A stretch of 64,000 nucleotides of DNA from assembly GCA_000004695.1 (NCBI GenBank), contig CM000155.2, forward strand, positions 1,376,001 to 1,440,000. The letters run 5' to 3'. Source of the DNA: Dictyostelium discoideum. Lineage: Eukaryota. Positions 55,180 to 64,000 of the stretch are shown here, piece by piece; position 1 is the first letter of the stretch, and every line of letters starts with the position of its first letter. The translations under genes were made by a program, and so were the position numbers. A model generated the notes under the pieces. It saw nothing but the letters and a program-made list of their open reading frames with translations, had not been told where the DNA came from and made no database searches.

Positions 55180-55979
55180 TAATTGTTCTTCTTGATCTTC
55201 CTCTTCTTCTTCTTCTCCTTGACTATTTATATTCGAGTAGAGTGGATCTTGTCGCTTTTGTTGATCAAATTTAATTTTTTTACTTATTTTTTTTTATATA
55301 TATTATTTGTATAAACATACAAAATTGAAAGTAATAAATGTTTTTTTTTTTTTTTTTGTAAAAAGGAAAATTAAAAAAAAAAAAGAAATCAATTCTTTTT
55401 TTTATAAAAATATTGTTTTTTTTTTTTTTTTTTTGGAAAAAAAAAGTTTATTAATATTATATAATTATATTTTTTTTTTATTTATATTAAATTGAATATT
55501 AATTTAAATTATTATTTTTTATTTTTTTTTTTGGTTATAAAAAAAAAAATAATAAAATATAAAAAGGTAAAATAATACCAATAATAATCCAAATAGGGAT
55601 ATAATATACTTGTAGCGTTTAATAAGAGAGAAAAAATAAATAAATAAATAAATAAATAAATAAAAAAAAAAGAGGCAATCACCACCCTCTTTTTTTTTTT
55701 AATTTACTGGGTTTGAGAACTATTTTTATTATTAATTTGGGCCATTAAAAAATTGAACACAAAAAAAAAAAAAAAAAAAAAATTATTATTATTATTATTT
55801 TATTTATTTTTTACTTTTAGATAAACCAATCTAACAACAAAAAAAAAAATAAAAATAAAAATAAAAAAAAAATTCCCAAAAAAAAAATTAAAAAATAAAA
55901 AAAAAAAAAATAGATATTAAATTAAAACGATTGCAAGAAATAATTAAAAAATAATTTTTTTTAAAAAAAAAATGATAAC

Positions 55980-56011
<32 letters not shown>

Positions 56012-56234
56012 GTGTTATTAAGCTTATAATGATAACATAATTTATAAAAATATCTTAGTGGTTGATATTAAATTGGCGTTATGTATGTGAGTAAAAAGTG
56101 TTTGGTTTTTTTTTTTTTTTTTTTTTTTTAATTAAAAAAAGGGTTATTGTTGGGAAAGGGGTTTGGGTTTAGCTAAATGATTTTTTAAAAATATCAAAAA
56201 CAAAAAAAAAAAAATTATAAAAAAAAAAAAAAAA

Positions 56235-56265
<31 letters not shown>

Positions 56266-57747
56266 CCCCCCCCATACATGGGATTGGGTAATTTAATTTA
56301 ATTTTTAAATTTTTATAAATAATTTAAGGGGAGCATATTATTAAAAAGGAATTTTCATTATTTATATAAACTACAATTTTTTAAAAAAATTAATTATTTT
56401 TTTTATTGTTTTAAAAGAAGTTGGAAAAAAAAAATTTCCTTTTTTTTTATAATAAAAAAAAAAAAAAAAGAAATTAACCCTGGGAGGGATAAATAATAAA
56501 TAAAAACTATGATGAGAAAAATATAAATGACATTTAAAAATTATATATAGTATTTTTTTTTTTTTTTTTAAAACTTACATTTAATAAAAAAAAAAGAAAG
56601 AATAATATTATTTAATTTATTGTTTGTTGTTATTATTATTTTTATTATTATTTATTTTATTTATTTATTTTATTTATTTATTTATTTTATTTTCTTTTCT
56701 TTTTTTTCCTTTTTTAATTATTTTTTTTTATTTTTTGGAAATAATTAATTTCTTTTTCCTATTCACTTTTTTTTAATTTATTTTATTTTTTGATATTTTA
56801 ATAAAAAAAAAAAAAAGTCAAAGTATTATTATTTGTCCAAATAAAAATGCAATAATATTAAATGTTATTTTTTTTTTTTGAAAAGATATAGATACTGGTA
56901 ATAAAAAAAAAAAAAATCAAAAAAAAAAAAAATTAAAAAAAAAAACGATTGTTTTTGTGTGGGTGGACTTTCAACGATTTTTTCAAAATACAGATCGGGT
57001 TGGTTATTTTAAAGCAGGTCACAAAGTATAATAACAATTTTAAAAGATCCACAATTGAAAAAAAAAATTATTTAACATTGGTCTCTTTCATAAAAGGGAA
57101 GTTTTTGTTTAGAAGTTGGGAATAAAAATTAAAAAAATTAAAAAAAAAAAAAAAAATTAAAAAAAATAAAAAAATAAAAAAAAAAAAATAAAAAAATAAA
57201 TGTTTTCAAACGAACTAAATAATTTTAAAATAATTTTAAAAATTAAATTTAGTAGATTTAAAAAAAAAAAAAAAAAAATAAAAAAAAAAAAAAAAAAAAT
57301 AATTATAATTAAAATTTAAGATGAAAAGGATTTCGCACATTCATTAAAAAAAAAAAAAAAAAAAAAATTAAAAACCAATAACGGTCAAAGGTAAATTCCG
57401 AAAAAATATTTTCAGTTGACATTATTTACAATTAATAAAACAAAAAAAAAAAAAAAGAAAAAACAATTGAAAACTATTAGAAATATCTTATTCCAAAAAA
57501 TAAAATAAAATAAAATAAAATAAAATAAAATAAAATAATTGCAATGCAAATGCCCAAAAAAAAAAAAAAAAATAAAAAATAAAAATAATTCCAAAATCCT
57601 GGAATAAATAAAAGAGTTGAGTTTTTTTTTTCTTTTATTAAAACTTAAAAAAAATTAAAAATAATTATGAAATAGTTTTTTGTTTTGTTTTTTTTTTTTT
57701 TTTTTTTTATTTTATAAAATATGTAATCTGTTTTATTTTTTATTTTT

Positions 57748-61035
<3,288 letters not shown>

Positions 61036-61417
61036 TTTTTTTTTTTTTTGTTTTTTTTTTTTATTTTATATATATTATTATTATTGCTGTTTAAATTTTA
61101 ATAAAAAATAATAATAATTATATTTATAATATACAATACAAAACATAGGTGTGTGTGTGTTTCCTGTGTATAAACTTTTTTTTATTTTTATTTTTTTTTT
61201 TAATTTTAATTTTTTAAAAAAAAAAAAATTTTTTGTTTTTATTTAAAAAGCCCAAAACGAAAAAAAAAAAAAAAGGGAAATTTGAGTAAAAAAAAAAATA
61301 AAAAATTTTTTTTTAACTTAAGTAACTAACTGAGTAATTAAGTAACTTTTTTGGAAAAAAAAAAAAAAAAGGAAAAAAAAAATTTTAATTTAAAAAAACC
61401 AAAAAAAAAAAATAAAA

Positions 61418-61455
<38 letters not shown>

Positions 61456-62505
61456 TTTTATTTTTATTTTTAATTTTTGTTATTATTATTATTTTTATTT
61501 TTTTTATTTATATTTATTTTTCTTTTTTTAGTCTTTTCCTATTATTATTTTTTCATTTTACTATTTTTTTGGGGGTGCCAACAATAATTATTACCCTGTT
61601 CTTTTATTATTAATTTAAAAAATATATGCATTCCATAAATTCAAGCGAAATATAACCCAAACTTGTAAGATATTTTTTTTTTATTTATTTTATTTTTTTT
61701 ATTTTTTTTTTTTTTTTTTATTTATTTATTTTTTTTATTTATTTATTTTTTTTTTTAATTATTAAAATAAAATATTTAGAATATCTAATTCTCAAAATCA
61801 TTCAACTCGGTTAAAGATATTCCAAATGGTCTTATTTTTGATATGACTAATAATATGTTAAAACCAAAAAAAAAAAAAAAAAAAAAAAAAACTAACATTT
61901 ATTTTTATACCAAATAATTTCAATTATTATTGATAGGTATAAAACAGATATTTATAAATAGAAGATCCAACCCAACAAAAATATTTCTACAAAATAAAAA
62001 AAAAAAAAATAAATAAAGAATAAAAAAATACAAATTGCTTTAAAGTTTATTATTGCTTTTATATTATTTTTTTTAATTTCTTATTTTTTTTTTGATTTTT
62101 TTTTTTCCACTAAATTAATTCCAAAAACCACTGACAAACTGGGTGTTTGAATGTAAGTTTTGAATAATTTATATGTCTTGTGTTTAAGCAATTTTGAATA
62201 TTTTTGATGGTTTTTGTGAAAATAAATTAATAGAAAAAATAAAAAAAATAAAAAAAAATAAAATTGAAATTAAAAATTACCAAATTAAGTGTTATTTTCT
62301 TTATTTGATTAAAAGTGTGGCAGTGAAAAAAAAAAAAATTTTGAATTTCGGAAAAAAAAAAAAAATTCCAAAGCAAAAAAAAATTTTATTTTTTTTAAAT
62401 TTTTTTTTTTTTTAATTTTTTTTTTTTTTTTCAAAATTTTTTATTTTTTTTTTTCAATTTTTTATTATTATTATTTTCTGTACAACAACTCTATTCGTTT
62501 ATATA

Positions 62506-64000
62506 AAATGAACTCAGCATCAAAGTTATTTGTTGTTTTGGCTTCACCAGCCAACCAACGTAATATGGCCACCTTAAAGGATCGTATGTAAACATATATA
62601 AAAAAAAAAATAATAATAATAATAATAAATAAAATAATAAAAAAAAATAAAAAATAAAATAAAATAAAAGAATCTTTTGATCACTTTTTTTTTTTTTTTT
62701 TTATTATTTTGTTTTATTTTATTTTTTTTCATTTTATTTTTATTTACAAAAATAAAAAAAAAATGAAAAAAATAAAACTTAATCATTCATAGTGTAATCA
62801 AACAAATTGTCACAACTACCATTGCCACATTAAAAAAAAAAAAAAAAAAAAAAACAACCCCAGTGTGAACAAACATCAAAAAAAAAAAAAAAAAAAAAAA
62901 TCAAGATAAAAAAAAAAAAAGAAAAGCAATAGTTATACAAGAATATAATTACATAATAACATATAGATCAATCACTAATTTTAGATACGAATAGTCAAAT
63001 TGTCAATATTGATAAAAAACAAAGAATTCCAAAAATTTCATCAAAATTTTTCAAATTTAAAAAAAATTTTTTTTAAAAAATAGCACTCAAATTAATGGAG
63101 AAATTATAGCTTTATACAATGATAATCAAGTATTTATATTTTATTGAAAAGTGGTAGTAATAATCATTATGGTGTGGTTGTGGTTGTGGTTGTGGTTGTG
63201 GTTGTGGTTGTGGTTGTGGTTGTGGTGTGGTAGTTGATGATGAAAATGACAACGATTATACACTATATTACAATAAAAATAATGATATCTTTTATAAAAA
63301 ATTGATATTAATACTTTTTATTTATTTAATTCATGATTCAAATTAATGAAAATATAAATCAATTAATAATAATAATTAAAAATAATTTAAAATAATATAG
63401 TTAAGATTCGTTTAGGTACTGTTAAAACCATTTCTAAACTTACCAAAACTTTACATATGGTAGCTTCATCAAAATTACGTAGTGCAGAAAAGAAAGCAGA
63501 AGAATCAGGTCCATACAGTGTTGGTCCACAAAAAGTTTTAGGTGTAGTAGAAACTGCTGATGCATTCAACACCGCCACTGAACCAATTGAAGATAGATCA
63601 AATAAACAACTTTTAATTGCCATCACCACCGATACTGGTATGTGTGGTCCAGTTAATCATCAAATCATCAAAACCATTAAAGCCCTCCTCAAAGATGATG
63701 CCAAACAAGAGATTTTAGTTTCAACCACTGGTTTGAAAGGTGTTGCACCAATCGTTGCCGATTTCCCAAATCAATTTTTGATAAATGGTCGTGATTTTGG
63801 TAAAGCAGATTACAGTTTCCCAGAAGTTTTACTTTTCTTAAATGAAATCATTAGCAAAGTACCAAATTATGACTCTGCTCTCGTCGTTTACAACAAATTC
63901 AAAAATGCCCTCTCATACAGTGTCGATCGTCAATTCATTCCAGGTTTCAATCTCCTCGAATTAAATCGTGATAAATTCTACGAATATACTACCTCTGAAG
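62506..64000 (+). CDS. Mitochondrial F1-ATP synthase gamma subunit, 5' part (continues beyond window); exon 1 ends 62583 (donor GTATGT, phase 1), exon 2 from 63401; presequence region has an apparent frameshift
   Basis: Exon 2 read directly: (L)KIRLGTVKTISKLTKTLHMVASSKLRSAEKKAEESGPYS..LLIAITTDTGMCGPVNHQI.., collinear with gamma subunits (ATLKD..RL.SVK.I.KIT..M.MVAA.K; ITSD.GLCG). Exon 1 in frame 0 reads ..ITKLFVVLASPANQRNMATLKD (mature N-terminus ATLKD). The only upstream ATG (62506) is in frame +1, MNSASQSYLL.. to stop at 62575, and an in-frame TAA sits at 62502-62504. Confidence 0.8.

Noticed and set aside
62506-62583. Calling MNSASKLFVVLASPANQRNMATLKDR as the exon-1 product of ATP synthase gamma
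   Set aside because: On careful indexing the ATG and the conserved peptide are in different frames as the sequence stands; I report it as a probable 1-nt indel instead of asserting the peptide.

Overview
This window is not prokaryotic. It is an extremely AT-rich, gene-dense eukaryotic nuclear segment with the hallmarks of a dictyostelid (Dictyostelium-like) genome. It has homopolymer A/T intergenic tracts, coding (AAT)n/(CAA)n tracts that give poly-Asn/poly-Gln, short AT-rich GTAAGT...AG introns, FNIP-repeat genes, and a TRE-type non-LTR retroelement. I see no CRISPR array, no operons and no prokaryotic defence system. Positions 1-5400 hold a transposon cluster. It begins with a 5'-truncated LINE-like ORF2 (AP endonuclease plus reverse transcriptase) that runs into a 100-nt assembly gap. 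Next comes a small unidentified minus-strand ORF. Then comes a degenerate Ty3/gypsy (chromovirus)-like integrase on the minus strand, whose C-terminal tail carries an AT-hook and an (SPxK)n repeat. A 26-bp direct repeat with hairpin potential at 5.8 kb abuts three tandem paralogues of a B-box + coiled-coil + FNIP-repeat gene family. One copy is 5'-truncated, one is intron-less and frame-disrupted, and one is an intact 2-exon gene. A larger FNIP-repeat gene sits inside this cluster. From about 14 kb onward there is a run of conserved housekeeping genes, several with introns I could phase by hand. They are an Rsm22/METTL17-like mitochondrial methyltransferase, a secreted CAP/PR-1-like protein, a SENP/Ulp1 SUMO protease, a 3-exon low-complexity protein, an ALDH3-type aldehyde dehydrogenase (2 exons), INO80 chromatin remodeller (3-exon model with an RS-rich 5' exon and an AT-hook 3' exon), uroporphyrinogen decarboxylase, XPC/Rad4 (3 exons), a tau-tubulin-kinase-like CK1-family kinase, Rab2 (5 exons), a HINT3-like HIT protein (4 exons), an atypical CAAX small GTPase (7 exons), an FBXO11-like F-box/beta-helix/UBR protein, a MARK/Par-1-type kinase (2 exons), and the 5' part of ATP synthase gamma. 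The most unusual observations are listed here. The integrase fragment has an AT-hook/SPKK tail and intron-like interruptions. Complementary (AAT)n and (ATT)n tracts flank a frame-neutral exon of the small GTPase. The B-box/FNIP tandem family shows several states of decay. The gamma-subunit and FBXO11 5' ends are unresolved. All coordinates and exon phases were derived by hand from the sequence. Family assignments rest on motifs I could read, not on database searches.
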